Numbered from the stretch's first letter, positions 40,247 to 54,957 are shown. The stretch is DNA of 64,000 nucleotides from Octopus vulgaris (GCA_951406725.2 OX597814.1:125674001-125738000), one strand, 5' to 3'. Translations and numbers: made by a program. Notes: a model not told the origin generated them from the sequence alone.

Positions 40247-40330
40247 CTTTCTTTCCCTTCTAGTCTGAGGATCTGTGTCTCTTTACTCTTTCTCCAACTG
40301 TATATAAATATGTACGTATGTATGTATATG

Positions 40331-40362
<32 letters not shown>

Positions 40363-40420
40363 TGTATGTATGTATGTACGTATGTATGTATGTATGTATG
40401 TATGCATGTATGCATGCATG

Positions 40421-40462
<42 letters not shown>

Positions 40463-40531
40463 TATCATATCACCTTATATTCATGCATTCTATTATATAT
40501 CTGCTTGTTTATCTATCTATCTATCTATCTG

Positions 40532-40652
<121 letters not shown>

Positions 40653-40906
40653 ATATCGCTCTATCCCTCTATCACTACACGGACAAGTAGCGAAAAACAT
40701 TTTTGACAATTCAGTTAATTTATGCAAAAAATAAATAAATAAATAAATAGCAAAAAAAATAATTAAGGCGTGAGTTTCTTTTGGAGAGAAAGATCCTCTC
40801 AAGATACAGCAATATCTGTTACAACAGATAATTGTTTCACACCAAAACTCTTGGGGAGTAAGTAACAAAAAGAAATATGTATAAAGGAATGTGCATATGT
40901 GTGTTG

Positions 40907-40990
<84 letters not shown>

Positions 40991-41785
40991 ACACATACAT
41001 ACACACAGACAGATGCACAGACACACTCAGACACACTCATAGACGCACACATACATACAGACGCACACACACAAACACATCCATACATGGTAAATATATA
41101 TTTTACCATTTGATCTACTGTTTATGTTCGCAGGTATCCACAGCTTAAATATTATATTAAGCTGTTAGTTTAAACTGAAAAACAAAAACATTATTTATAA
41201 ATACAATAGGTTCACACCTATTTAAAGTAGTGAGTGGAAAAATTCTATTAATTGAGATTTATCCACGTAATTCCAAAAAACTATATAACCGCCTACTACA
41301 ACTGTCTGTCTCAAAAAAAGTGAGATAACTCCAAAAAGATCAGTTGATCAAAATTTTGAAGATAATCCAGATAACACAGATGGGAAGTGATCTGGCTGGT
41401 CTTTAAGCAATCGGTAGCAGCAATTCACATGTTTCTGTCGTTTTAGACCTGCTCAATGATGCTAAATTAATTATTTTTATCTAAAAGCAAAACAAAATGA
41501 CATACTTTGCATTTCAGGTCACTCGAATTTCTGTGTAATGCACTACAAATATGAAATAACCCCACTGTGGGGGATAAGAACACTATAGTTCAAATGAAGA
41601 CACAATACACATGTTGGGCTTCAGTGGATGTGTATGTTAGTAGGAAAGAGGCCCTACGAAGAGTTCATCCGTTCCACAAATTAAAGTTACATTGTCATTT
41701 ATGCGTTACGCTTCAAATTATCAAGAAACTTGCAATATGAATGAACGAATTTGCTCATGTTATCTACACACTGTTGTGCAATTAT

Positions 41786-41865
<80 letters not shown>

Positions 41866-41866
41866 T

Positions 41867-41903
<37 letters not shown>

Positions 41904-41961
41904 TGTGCGTGTGTGTGTGAGTGTGCATGTGCGTGCGTGTGTGTGTGTGTGTATATGTATG

Positions 41962-42005
<44 letters not shown>

Positions 42006-42226
42006 TACATAAACGCTTCAAACTCTTGGCACTTGAGTGATATATGAACGTGTGTATATGTGTGAAGATTCATACACAGACAAACGTCAATAAGCACACA
42101 CATACACACACACTCGCCCACACATACGTACTCACACACTCGATCCCATTTTTACATCCACACTCACACCATTCTCACATACACACACGCGTTTGTGCAC
42201 CTTAGTTCGTTGTGGTCACCGTTACC

Positions 42227-42285
<59 letters not shown>

Positions 42286-42339
42286 CTCCCTTTCATTCAA
42301 CCTCTTTTTATCCAGTCATTTCATCATGTTGGACCGCTG

Positions 42340-42513
42340 AACTCTGCACACTTTTCTCTTTCCGTTTTTTTACATTCTCTTTCTATCCCCCCCCCTTAAT
42401 CCTGTCTGTCAAATAGCGTAGGCTCGAAACGCAAAAGACTTTTATAGTCTCCCCGAGCGTTAAACTAATACACCTGTCTTCGTCTTTTGTTTTCTGTAAA
42501 TTTGAACTATATA
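42340..42513 (+). mobile_element. 3'-terminal fragment of the Neptune-like PLE family
   Basis: gcgtaggctcgaaacgcaaaagactt..cccgagcgttaaac..gtcttcgtcttttg..gtaaatt matches the reverse complement of 19365-19485. Confidence 0.75.
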
Positions 42514-43389
42514 AATTCTTACACGCGTGCACACACACATACACACACACACACACACGTTTATAGAGAGAGAGAAATAGACGGACAGACGACAGACACT
42601 TAGACTGATAGACAGGCCTGGGTTCCCATCCCATCTTTTTTTTAACTAATAGTAGTCGGTAAATTAAAAACTAATTTAAAACTAATAGTAGTCGGTAATT
42701 TCAGGAGATAATACATTTGTGTTACTTATATAAGTATTTGATTGTTTTCGTTTGTTTTAATTATCATGGCCAAGAGCATTCCGGAGCAATGCATATAAAC
42801 AGAAACATTATCAATAAAAAACAGATAATAATGTGGCGTTTATATTTCCGATAACAATATTGTCGTTGCATCAGGGCCAATAAGCCTGCACATCAGATTG
42901 TTTAGCGTATTTGTGGGTTCGAATCATACTTATTGTTATCTCATTTTCATTTCATGAAATCATTATCATCTGATGTTTACATATATATTCAATATCTAAG
43001 TATATATTTGTGTTAACAAGTGAAGCGTGAAAATTAATTAATTGTTTAATATATTGCAGGAAATTACAATTTCAACATAGCTATAAAATATACAAAAACA
43101 GAAAGAGGAGAGCAACCAATCATGAAATCAGGCAACAGTTTCGCTTAGTTTCCCTCCTCCATAATTATCTTACTGCTTATTTGTAACGACATTCAGGTCA
43201 AAGCAACAATACAAGTTACCCTAGTCGTATCACTATAGAATATTCTAGCATTCTTTGTCTTTCTTTTTTTATTTCCTGCTACTCACTCTCACTTCCCTCT
43301 CATGACAGTCGTCTGCCCCCTGGAGTTTACTGTACCTTGTATACATACAAACATAAATACAGACGCGTGTAACTCAATTTATCTGTCCA

Positions 43390-43470
<81 letters not shown>

Positions 43471-43494
43471 TGTGTGTACGTGTGTGTGGGTATA

Positions 43495-43802
43495 GCGCAG
43501 TGGTGGCTGTGTGGTAAGTTTGCTTCTCAACTACATGGTTCTGGGCTCAGTCTCACTGCATGGCAACTAGGGTAAGTGTCTTCTACTATAGCTGCGAACC
43601 GCCGCAATTCCCACCATTACTTGACAACTGGTGTTGGTGTATTTACAGCCCCGCAACTTGACGCTTCGGTAAAAGAGAATAAGTACTAGACTTTAAAAAT
43701 AGCCATGCAGTCAATTTGTTGGACTAAAGCCCTTCAAAGTGTTCTCCCAGGGTGGCCGCAGTCACATGACTGGAAGCAGTGAAAGATAAACGATAAAGAT
43801 AA
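43495..43802 (+). mobile_element. SINE family B, internally deleted
   Basis: Head and 3' part present; central microsatellite block missing. Confidence 0.8.
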
Positions 43803-43812
43803 GGCTTGTGTG

Positions 43813-43855
<43 letters not shown>

Positions 43856-43909
43856 TCACACACACACATATACATACATACATAAATGCATACAGACACA
43901 TACACACAC

Positions 43910-43953
<44 letters not shown>

Positions 43954-44600
43954 CATAATAGAGAAAGCTACTTATTAATAAGGTATGTAACAGTTACTAA
44001 AAGAAAGCAATCATTAAAGGTTTGACCGTCTGGAAATTTTTCTAGAAATTCATGTTCCAAGAAATTTCTTGTAATTTCGATTTCTGAAGTTTATTGAATA
44101 TTTGAACTACAAGACTTTTACAAATTTAAATATTCGTTGCACTCACTGTGCAGTAGATTTGAATGTTTAAAAAACAATATGAATTCGTTGCAGGCGAAAT
44201 TAAGATGTGATCTTTTTGGTATGGCTGTTTGGAATGCTATAAGCCTTACAATAATATCTATGTGATCGCTGCTATTTCTAGCACGCTAAACATAGTTGGG
44301 TTACCTTAAAGTTTGCTTAAATTAGAGATGTATTACAACTACGGTAAATTACTGAAATAGATATTTACTAAGTAAGTGTAATTTTTTTATAAATTGAAGT
44401 TTTCAAGAAAATTTACTTTCTGAAATTCCTTTTAATTATTGAATATTTCAAGTTCACAAATTTAAATATTCGGTACAAGATAGTTTTTAAAGAGATTTTA
44501 TTTATACGATTTTTTCATTTCATGTTTATTTCATTTATTGTTTGCAATGTTCTCTCTCTCTCCTTCCCTCTCTCTCCCTTTCTTTCTCTCACACACAAAC

Positions 44601-45513
44601 TCTCTAATATAAACACACAAACTGTCTCTGTAATATAAACACATACATATACTCCATGTTTGATTTTGTTACTACACAAATGTCACAGTAAAATTTTGTA
44701 ATTCAACGTAGGGCGTCCAAAAACATATGCGACTGAAAAAGAGCATTTAGCAGCAAAGACACGACGGCAAAGTGAGAGACAGACAACTGAATCAGGTAAA
44801 ACCAGGGCAAAGCTTCTGAAACAAATGTCGGAATATGCACGGAGATGTAGGAATGATTCTGTTTCCGTTACACATGACCGACTGGTTAGCGTATCTCGAG
44901 AGGTGAATATTCTACTTTAAAATAAGACACCGAGTCAGCTTTCACCGTCTGTAACTGTTCAGCTGCCTATTGATAATCAGCATCAAGTGGGAGGCCTTCT
45001 ACACTTCAGTGAGATACAAACAGAAACACCAGTGCCAACAAACAGGGTGCTGAAAGACGAAACCGAATATTTACAGCAGAAGTACAAGCAAAAAAGTTTT
45101 CAAACTAGGAAGAATTCAATTAAAGCCAGTTTCGATCATTTTCAAGAACAGGCTGTCCTCTCTATTGAACAGCTACATAATGCAGGGAGTCTATTTGATA
45201 ATGTTTGTTCAATCGGCAAAGCTTACAGATGGGGTGCAGAACTGAAATTTCTATGTTATTTTGAGAGGAAGGTAAAATTTGACAAACTGCTTTCCCACCC
45301 CCTCCGCAGTTGGACTACCTTGACGTTTGTTTAAACAAGAGAGATTATGCCTGTGATAAAATTATGAAAGCAATATTTACTAAGCAAGTGATCACTATTA
45401 TACAAAGAAATAATTAGACGTAAAATATAAAAATTATTAGAATTGGGAATCAAATGTGAAAATATTATCAAGTGGCTAGCAGAAAACCGCCCGGATGGCG
45501 GTCTTTCTGCTAG
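44601..45513 (+). mobile_element. Non-autonomous Helitron (internal deletion derivative)
   Basis: 5' TC..TAATATAAAC; RepHel N-terminal-like GRPKTYATEKE.. and HNAGSLFDNVCSI..KVKF zinc-finger relic; 3' hairpin accgcc-cggat-ggcggt then CTAG|T. Confidence 0.75.
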
Positions 45514-45617
45514 TATATATAATGAATTAATAATAAAGAGAACAGAGATTTATATATCCAGTTTTATTCTGCAGTCAGTCACGTATTTCCATTCCTGCAC
45601 ATATGTGTGTATATATG

Positions 45618-45677
<60 letters not shown>

Positions 45678-45679
45678 TG

Positions 45680-45734
<55 letters not shown>

Positions 45735-46624
45735 TTATATATATACACACACACATACATACATACATTTATTTATTTTTATATTTGCATTATGCATGTC
45801 TGTGCGAGCGAACAATTACTTGTGAAGAAGGAGAAAGGGAGATCTTCAATACTGAGAGTAGACTTATTTAACACGTAATTAATGATCTAAGGAGAATTTT
45901 GTACACCAGAATATGTATGAAATACAGAATATGTATAAAATATCATAAGAAAAGTTGAGAGTACACCGCAAAGACTACGACCATCTCTAAAATCCACGAT
46001 CCCTGACCCACATTGTCAGAGAAGATACATACTCAATAAATCTTTACAGTGGCAGCAGGGAAGAAGATCCTAAGCGACTCAAGTTGCCTGAGGGATACAA
46101 GTTGCCTACTTACAGGTAGCTGCAGAAAATCTAAACTGTCGGAAACTCGCCTTAAGGCTGACTTCTGCAGCTTATTTTTCTTTCAAAGGAACCCGCCACC
46201 CGCCCAAATTGTTATCTTCTGGACCAACCCATAAAGTTGTAGAGTAGTCGGCCCCATCATGCTTAAGAAGCTTTGTCTACCCTTCTATAGTCACTATGTT
46301 CTGATAAGAACTAACGGCCTTCAGTCTCAATGTGTTCTCACAGTTGGTGATCATTCACCATCAGGAATATTTCTGAATACCCCTGCACTATTTGCTAGAT
46401 AATCAGTGACTATTCTGGGTTCAGCCATCCTTTTCACAGGCCTTGCTTTTATCTGGTGGCCTAACCGACGACGAGCCTTCATTACAGATAGTACTGCATT
46501 ATATGTTACTCAAAACGATTTGACACCCCAAAAATGATTATGTACGTGCATGCATATAAGCACAAACATAAATATATTTACATATGCCAACATACACACA
46601 CACACACACACACACACAGCTATT

Positions 46625-47160
46625 GCTTTTGGGCAGATGAACAGCCAAATGACTTTGTCCAATATTTGAAATAGTACTCTCCAAATGTTAATATGAGGAT
46701 GGTTATGACAAAATCTATGATTTATATACGTTTTCCTTTACTGAAGCTACAGTTATTAGAACCAATGATTCTTGACATGTTGCATCAATTCATTGAGCTT
46801 CTGTTAGCTGCATATTCGGTAATTAACTGTATCGTGTTTCAACAAGATGGCGTCTGTTGCCATTACGCCACAATTGTTCAGAATTACTTGCATAAACTTA
46901 ATGGATTGAAGGTTGGAGAATATGAGACACTGGTCAACTAGATCACCAGATCTAACTGGCTTGGATCTGAGACTTTACCAAATGGCAAGTCTACTCTAAA
47001 TAATGATTACAAAACCGGATCATCTATAAGAAGCTTTACGAAATACAGCAGTTAACATAACGTCGTAACAGCACCAAAATGTGTTTCGAAATGCTGCTTA
47101 ATTATTTCAGTTACACAGAGAATCACTGACGGCTGTCAGGTGGAACTCTGCCTCATGAAA
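46625..47160 (+). mobile_element. Tc1/mariner transposase relic
   Basis: FQQDGVCCHYATIVQNYL followed by WSTRSPDLTGLD (WPPRSPDLTPLD-like). Confidence 0.7.
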
Positions 47161-47498
47161 CATCAAACAATGTTACTAATCTTTCATTGTATATTACTGA
47201 AATATTTTTATCACTTTAATGTGCTTCATTAAAATAGAGGGGGATTTAATGGATACCCTGAATTTTACAACACACATTATGCACAAAGACTCACGATCAC
47301 ACACACGCACACACATTAAATGGAGGAATAAAGGGATAGGTGCTGAAATCTTTGTAATCTGCAGTCGAGAGTTGATGAAGGGAATGTCACGAAGTGCAAG
47401 GTATATGTAAATGTCACATATATATATATAAGTATAGTGTATCTGTATGTGTGTATGTATATATGTATGCATATGACATACATACATATATACATATT

Positions 47499-47596
<98 letters not shown>

Positions 47597-47723
47597 CATA
47601 TATACATGCATATATACATGCATATTTACATATATATATATATACATATATATACGTACATATATATATATATATATGCATATATATATATATATACATA
47701 TATATATACATATATATATATAT

Positions 47724-47832
<109 letters not shown>

Positions 47833-48043
47833 AGAATTTCCCCTCCAGCATTGTCCTTTGATTTGTTTTTCTTCGTTGCCTTCGCAATATATATTTTAAA
47901 TAAATGCATACCTATATGCATGCCTATATGCATACATACATACATACATACATACATACATACATACATACATGCATACTGATTTCATAGTTCACTTAAT
48001 GTCTGTTCTGTAATACAATCAATCGCCTCTCTCTTTCTCTCTC

Positions 48044-48074
<31 letters not shown>

Positions 48075-48078
48075 TTAT

Positions 48079-48160
<82 letters not shown>

Positions 48161-48385
48161 GCATGTATGTATACAGAGAGTGAGGGAGAGAATTATAATA
48201 AAAGAAAAATTTACCTGAAAATGGGAATAGACACCACACACACACCCACACACAGAAGAGATTATATGGAGTGATAGAAAACAATGGAAGTGTTGTGGGA
48301 TGAAAGGGTAAGTGGAAGAATGTGCAAGGCAGTGGATACAGTGAGAAAGAAGGAGGAGGAAGAATGAGAGGAGAGACAGAGAGGC

Positions 48386-48426
<41 letters not shown>

Positions 48427-48497
48427 GACAGACAGACAGACAGAGGCAGACAGTCAGGCAGGCAGGCAGACAGACAGACAGACAGACAGACAGACAG

Positions 48498-48528
<31 letters not shown>

Positions 48529-49434
48529 GCGGACGGATAGGCGGACGGACGGACGGACGGACAGATAGATAAACAGACTTGAGTTGAGAGAGGCGGTGGA
48601 AGAAAACGTGAAGGGCCAGGAGGTTGCGTGTCATTTGATAATGATGTCTGCAAAAGATGTATAAATTAGGAAATGAAGGGGTTAAAAATAAGACAAAAGA
48701 ACATAATTGGGTTCAAACCGAAGATCCACCCTTCCCCCACACATGCCAACTCACTCTCAACTACTCTTCCTCGACAACATTCTTTATACAATAGGGGACA
48801 TCTGAGTTGGTTCTACTACAATGACAGGTAAACGGGTACTGCATCTCGTACATATCATTACGTCTCACTACTTCAGTGTTTGTGACTGCGTGCTTTTCTG
48901 TGTTTTTATTAACTTATGTCAATACGTGTATGATCTTGTATGTATGTATGCATGTATGCATGGATGCATACATGGATGTATGTATTTATGCAGGCAGGCA
49001 GGCAGGCAGCTGATTTATACCTATTAATTCTACCACTGTTTTTTTTTGTTTTTAATATTAGCTTGCCTGATTGCTTTTAAGAGCACTTTCCGAGTTGGCT
49101 TCTAAATTTCTATGTATTCTATTTTATCAATTTCGCCTAATACTATTTGTGAAGTTGTTTTTCTGGGGTGATTTTCTGTTTTCAGTGTCTATGTATAAGT
49201 TAATATTCTAAGTCCGAATTAATTTGCCTCTTCTTAAAGGAGCTTTCTCATAGTTATCTAATCCCGAGCTTCATATTTTTTTTTTATTCCGTGTTGAATT
49301 TAGGAACGATAATTTCTTGTTTTTTTTTTTTTCTTTTTCAGCTCGCTATTACCACTTTCAAATAATTTTAAATTAATTCATATCGAGGAGATAGATGGTC
49401 TATAGTTAGTTCGTAATATATTTACCAATGTCAA

Positions 49435-49824
49435 GGCGACGAGCTGGCAGAAACGTTAGCACGTCGGGCGAAATGTTTAGTGGTATTTCGTCTGCCGCTA
49501 CGTTTTGAGTTCAAATTCCGCCGAGGTCGACTTTGCCTTTCATCCTTTCGGAGTCGATAAATTAAGTACCAGTTACGCACTGGGGTCGATATAATCGACT
49601 TAATCCGTTTGTCTGTCCTGGTTTGTCCTCTCTGTCTTTAGCCCCTTGTGGGTTGTAAAGAAATAGGTATTTCCTCTGTCTTGATGTTCTGAGTTCAAAT
49701 ATCACCGAGGTCGACTTTGCCTTTTATCCTTTCAGGGACTTTGCCTTTTATCAAGTTGCATACCGTGGGGGGGGGGTCGATCTAATCGATTTCCTCCACC
49801 TCCTCAAAAATTTCAGGCCTTAAG
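49435..49824 (+). mobile_element. SINE family A, dimeric
   Basis: Consensus match; 20-bp TSD aatatatttacc(a/t)atgtcaa at 49415-49434 and 49825-49844. Confidence 0.9.
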
Positions 49825-49844
49825 AATATATTTACCTATGTCAA

Positions 49845-50062
49845 GGCGGCAAGATGACAAGAATCGTTAACGCATCAGGAAAATACTTAGCGGCATTTCG
49901 TTCAGCTTTACGTTCTGAGTTCAAAATTCCGTCCAGGGCCGACTTTGCCTTTGCATCCTTTCAGACTCGATAACATAAGGACCAGTCGATCAGCGGGGTC
50001 GACATAATCGATTTACCCACTTCCCCAAAATTGCTGGCCTTTTGCCAAAATTTGAAACTAAT
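49845..50062 (+). mobile_element. SINE family A, older copy
   Basis: Diverged head ggcggcaagatgacaagaatcgtt and body. Confidence 0.8.
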
Positions 50063-50266
50063 AAGGTATCGAATGGTGGTTTCATTCAACAGGTTTAAAT
50101 GTAGTAAGATATAGGCAAAAAAGTAGAAAGAATCATGGGTCGCCCTTTGACGACTACTCTTCTTATGGTTATCAGGCTTGTCTTAAATATCTCCTTATTG
50201 CCTTGTTCTGATATTGTTGTTTCCACTTTGTCATATAATGTGCTTGATGTATTTATTCTGTGATTA

Positions 50267-52404
50267 CACTGGTCAACAAAATGAAACTTTTTATAATCAT
50301 CAGAGTTGCTGATTGACTTTTCTGGGTTAATTTTTGATGCTGATTACAAATCTGAAGTCCGGTTTCCTCTATCAGGTCACATTTTCATGTTAATGATACC
50401 TGTTGTTTTAACTTATAGGATACATAAAGCATGTCTATATAAAGTATATTGAATACAAGATACGATAATTTCATGGCCTTTTATTGTACAAAATTAGAAT
50501 AATTGTATACAAATAAGTTAGAATACACTCAAATGCATAAAAACTTAAAATATTTGGGATCTGGACTTTCTATGGTGTTGTCTCAGGTTATCCCTGTATA
50601 ACATCCAACAGTAGTCAGCTAACATTCCTGCATTCCAAAATCCTTGATATCGTTGTTCATCGATGTAATATCTTGATGAAAGCGTTCCCCTTGCTCATCA
50701 GACACTGCTCCAATGTTCTCTACAAAAAAAGTCCAGATGTGAATCAAGGAAATGGACTTTTAGTGACATCCAACATCCCATTGCAGCGTAGGAGTCTAGA
50801 AAACATTTCACTCCATTTCTAAACTCTAGAGATCTCTTGTTGCCTAGGAAATTTTCACAGAGCCATTTGAAGGATTCCCAGGCTTTAAGCTCAATCTCAT
50901 CCAGTGCTGTAAGGAAGTGGTTGTCTTTCAGGAGCTCTTTTATCTGCGGACCTAGGAATGCGCCCTCCTTCAGTTTTGCCTCGGTGATTTTTGGAAATTT
51001 GGCCTTCACATATTCAAAACCTTTTGAGCTTTTCCTGGCGAGTGTCTTCACGAATTGTTTCATGAGGCCAAGCTTTATGTGAAGAGGGGAAAGAAGAACA
51101 TTTTCTGGGTATAAAAGTGGCTTACTCTGGACGTTAGAAACTCCTGGCTCATATGATTTTCACAAAGGCCACTCTGATTGCATATAGTGCTTGTTAGTTG
51201 CACGACTGTCTCATAAGCATAAAAAGTAACAATATTTGGTGAACCCAGATTGCATTCCCATCAACATTCCAATCGCCTTCAAGTCTCCACAGTCTTCCAG
51301 CTGTAGTTTGTATACTTTATGGCATTGAGGAGTACTTGCATGTTTTCATAACACTCCTTCATGTGCACTGAATGTCCTATGGGAATGGATGGTTTCTTAT
51401 TGCCGTTGTGTAGTAGTACTGCCTTGAGGCTTCTCTTAGATGAATCAATGAGTAAGCGCCATTCAGCTGGAACATGCTCTTGGAACAAACAGCAAAATAA
51501 CTCATCAGTGTTATTACTGAAACAAAATGGTCCATCAACAGGGAAGCATGAAGTCAGATCCCTATTTCACTTCCTAAAATGAGTAATACAAACATCTTTC
51601 TTAAGCAGACACTTTTCTTGTAGGCGAGTTCAGCTTAATCCTTCAACAATGACAAGTCTCTAACTAAATCATTTAACTCTCCGTGAGAAAATTTCTGTGG
51701 TACGTCTTCATTTTCAATCGTGAAATCTGCATCCACTTCAGTCTCTTCTACAGTAGTAGTATTTTCTTCAGGAAATACATCTTCATCAGACATCTGAAGG
51801 CCATTTTCTGGTGGTATTGGAATAAGAAGATCATCATCGTTGTATGGTACTGATCCTCTTGCTGATTCCAAGTTGGGATACACAATCTTATGCTTGGTCT
51901 TTACAGTAAACCCATATACATTATTAACGTTGTAGATATAACAGTCCATGAAATGATCCTTTGGCTCTCTCTATATCATAGGTATTGCAAATGGCATTGC
52001 TCTCTTCCCCTTATTTAGTCAATCCCTTATTCCATTTGAACAAGCTGAGCAGATGATGTGCCGGACCCAACTCTTATCTTGTTCCCCGTGAGAGCAGCCA
52101 AAGTATAACTGGTAGATCTTCTTGATTCCACTTGAGATGGCACGTTGCTGAGCTTTGGTGGTAAATGAACCACAGACATGACAAAATATATCAGGACTGT
52201 TCTTGCAATGCCTTGACATAGAATTTACCTGTATAAGATGTTTACATATAGCAATACTGCTGATGGGAGTTATATACCTCTCTTATCTCATCAGAAAAAC
52301 TGTGCCTGATAGAAGGAAACCGATTACATTTTAAAAATCTGCAGACAAAACTACATATAAAACACCATATAATATCCCTGATGAAAATTGGCTGCTGACT
52401 AGTG
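50267..52404 (-). mobile_element. Chapaev3-type (CMC superfamily) DNA transposon, full length, decayed
   Basis: TIRs cactggtcaaca / cactagtcagca; 3-bp TSD TTA on both sides; subterminal inverted similarity (ggtttcc..ctatcagg). Confidence 0.8.
50560..52219 (-). pseudogene. Chapaev3-like transposase pseudogene
   Basis: CKNSPDIFCHVCG, QDKSWVRHIICSAC, WRLLIDSSKRSLKAVLLHNGN, PLHIKLGLMKQFVK, MSLKVHFLDSHLD, SDEQGERFHQDI; stops and frameshifts. Confidence 0.85.
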
Positions 52405-52616
52405 TTATTAGAGCTGCATTATTTTTATGTAGAATGTCTCCAATATCCAATAATGAGGAATGCTATCAAACGCAATCGTATGTCCTTCTGTAGTCAATCC
52501 AGCCGATAAGTTTCAGAGATATGTAGTGATGTACATACAAAGTTATATACAAACGAGATGCAGAGCAAACACATTATACATTATTTGATTATTTGATTTT
52601 TTTAAATATATAATTT

Positions 52617-52928
52617 GGCGGCGCAATGGCCCTGTGGTTAGGGCAGCGGACTCGCGGTCGGAGGATTGCGGTTTCAATTCCCAGACCGGGCATTGTGTGT
52701 GTTTATTGAGCGAAAACACCTAAAGCTCCACGAGGCTCCGGCAGGGGGTGGTGGCGACTCCTGTTGTACTCTTTCGCCCCAACTTTCTCTCACTCTTTCT
52801 TCCTGTTTCTTGAGTAACGTTGCGATGGAGTGGCGTCCCGTCCAGCTGGGGGGAATACACACGCTATAGAAACTGAGAAACCGAGCCCATGAGCCTGGCT
52901 AGGCTTCAAAAGGGCGCATAAATAAAAA
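52617..52928 (+). mobile_element. tRNA-derived SINE (family C-like head)
   Basis: ggcgcaatggccctgtggttagggc..gcggtttcaattccc A/B boxes; A-rich tail. Confidence 0.8.
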
Positions 52929-52959
52929 ATATATATAATTTACACAAATAACCAAATGT

Positions 52960-53830
52960 TAGCGTACGTTGTCGTCCTTTTACTGTCTTCTGTTATTGCT
53001 CGTTTCACAAAGTAGCTGCACTTCACAGATATATATTCTGCGCCGATACTTGTTCTGTTCTTTTGTAACACATCGCTCTCCTTGTGTGTAACAAGCCTTT
53101 TGTATAGTGTCAATGTAAGAGCTTTATATATTGTTGGCAAGCAAGGCGGCGAGCTGGCAGAAATGTTAGCGCGCCGGGCGAAATGCTTAGCGGTATTTCG
53201 TCTGTCGTTATATTCTGAATTCAAATTCCGCCGAGGTCGACTTTGCCTTTCATCCTTTCGGGGTCGATAAATAAAGTACCAGTTTCGCCCTGGGGTCGAT
53301 GTAATCGACTTAATCCCTTTGTCTGTCTTTGTTTGTCCCGTCTATGGTTAGCCCCTTGTGGGTAGTAAAGAAATATAGATATTGTTGGCAAGCATTTTAG
53401 CGGGCCATAATTTTGCGAGTCTCTGGTATTTGTGTTTTGAGGAATTAATATAGTTTCCTTCTCCATCAGTCAATCAGGTGTTCTGGTCTGCTTATCACTT
53501 GATTAAATGCAGCTGCCATATACCCATGATTACTGATCAGGTGTTCAGCCAGAAACAGAGCGAAGCTTCTCAATCCCAGATAATTTTCAATTGCTTGCAG
53601 TTCTTAATCTATTCGTGAGTTCCTTGTCTGTTATGGCGGATAGCATTTGCGACGTTCTTATGCTATTTGCCTCTTCCTCTCTGCTCCATTGTGCATTTTT
53701 ATGATGTATTGATTGTCTTTATTCCACAGTCTCTTCTCAGCATCTTTGAATAATCCTTTGGCGTTGGTTGCATTTTAGTGTTGCAGCGTTTCTTTTTGTT
53801 AACGTCCCTGTTGATTCTTTTGGTAGGATT
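52960..53830 (-). mobile_element. R4/Dong-type LINE RT fragment interrupted by a SINE
   Basis: TILIPQNTNTRDSQNYGPLKCLPTI|YKALT (NYRPITCLPT..YK-like), joined across the SINE TSD. Confidence 0.75.
53144..53378 (+). mobile_element. SINE family A
   Basis: Consensus match; 16-bp TSD atattgttggcaagca (53128-53143 / 53379-53394). Confidence 0.92.
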
Positions 53831-53865
53831 GAAATATTTTATTCTCCTAAAAGTAGCGTTGTAGG

Positions 53866-53902
<37 letters not shown>

Positions 53903-54527
53903 ATTTTGTTTTGGTGTGAACGGATATGTTATTCAGACCGCTCCGAAAAATTGAATTATTACCAAGTTTTTCTGGATGAAATTGTTTCTTTATTGGATTA
54001 TTTTCTATCAGAGAACTTCGAGACGTGTGGCATTCTTCACAATACCTTGGGTACACAAAAGTTCTGTCTTTTCACCATTCGAAAATATTTTTCTTCTATT
54101 CCATATAATTTTTTCCATTAAAGACGTAGTAAAAGGTACTAACAGGGAAGAAAGTAACACAGAATGCATTAGAGAAAACATTGAAATAATTTCCGAATGC
54201 ACGGTAACGATTATTAAAAAAGAAAAGGTGAAATAAGCAGAATTCAAAAGTAGAAAAACAGTTTTAAAAAATGACAATAAAATAAACTTATACACGAACA
54301 AACATATAGTCACAACTTGACATCCGAAAAGTAAAATTTGCGCAACATAAGCTAAAGTGCAGCCAGTAACAACGCATACTTGTGAGTTACTTTACTAACA
54401 TTAGAAAGGGAAGGAAAGTTTTAAATGTGCGTCGGATCCAGTAACGGAGAGAAATATGACCATGGTACGTCACAAAAGACTCTGCCTCTATGCTTCTGCA
54501 TCGTGAAGTTCAATATTTTATCAAAGT

Positions 54528-54957
54528 AAGGCGGCGAGTTGGCAGAAACGTTAGCACGCCGGGCAAAATGCATAGCGGTATTTCGTCTACCGCTACGTTC
54601 TGAGTTCAAATTTCGCCGAGGTCGACCTTGCCTTTCATCCTTTCGGGGTCAATTAAATAAGTACCAGCTACGCACTGGGATTAATATAATCGACTTAATT
54701 CGTTTGTCTGTCCTTGTTTGTCCCCTCTGTGTGTAGCCCCTTGTGGGCAGTAAAGAAATAAGAAGCGTTAGCACGCCGGGCAAGATGCTCAGCGGTATTT
54801 CGTCTGTCTTTACGTTCTGAGTTCAAATTCCAACGATGTCGACTTTGCCTTTTATCCCTTCGGGTCAATAAATTAAGTACCAGTTATGTGCTTGGGTCGA
54901 TCTAATCGACTGGCACCCTCCCCCAAAATTTCGGGCCTTGTGCCTACAGTAGAAAAG
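54528..54957 (+). mobile_element. SINE family A, dimeric
   Basis: Two tandem units; TSD aatattttatcaaagt / aatattctatcaatgt. Confidence 0.9.

Noticed and set aside
49030-49430. Additional Poseidon PLE endonuclease relic on the minus strand
   Set aside because: Only a vague resemblance, with no diagnostic motif retained
52617-52690. tRNA gene (also the other SINE heads)
   Set aside because: A/B boxes are present but no complete cloverleaf was evident, and the sequence continues into a SINE body and tail
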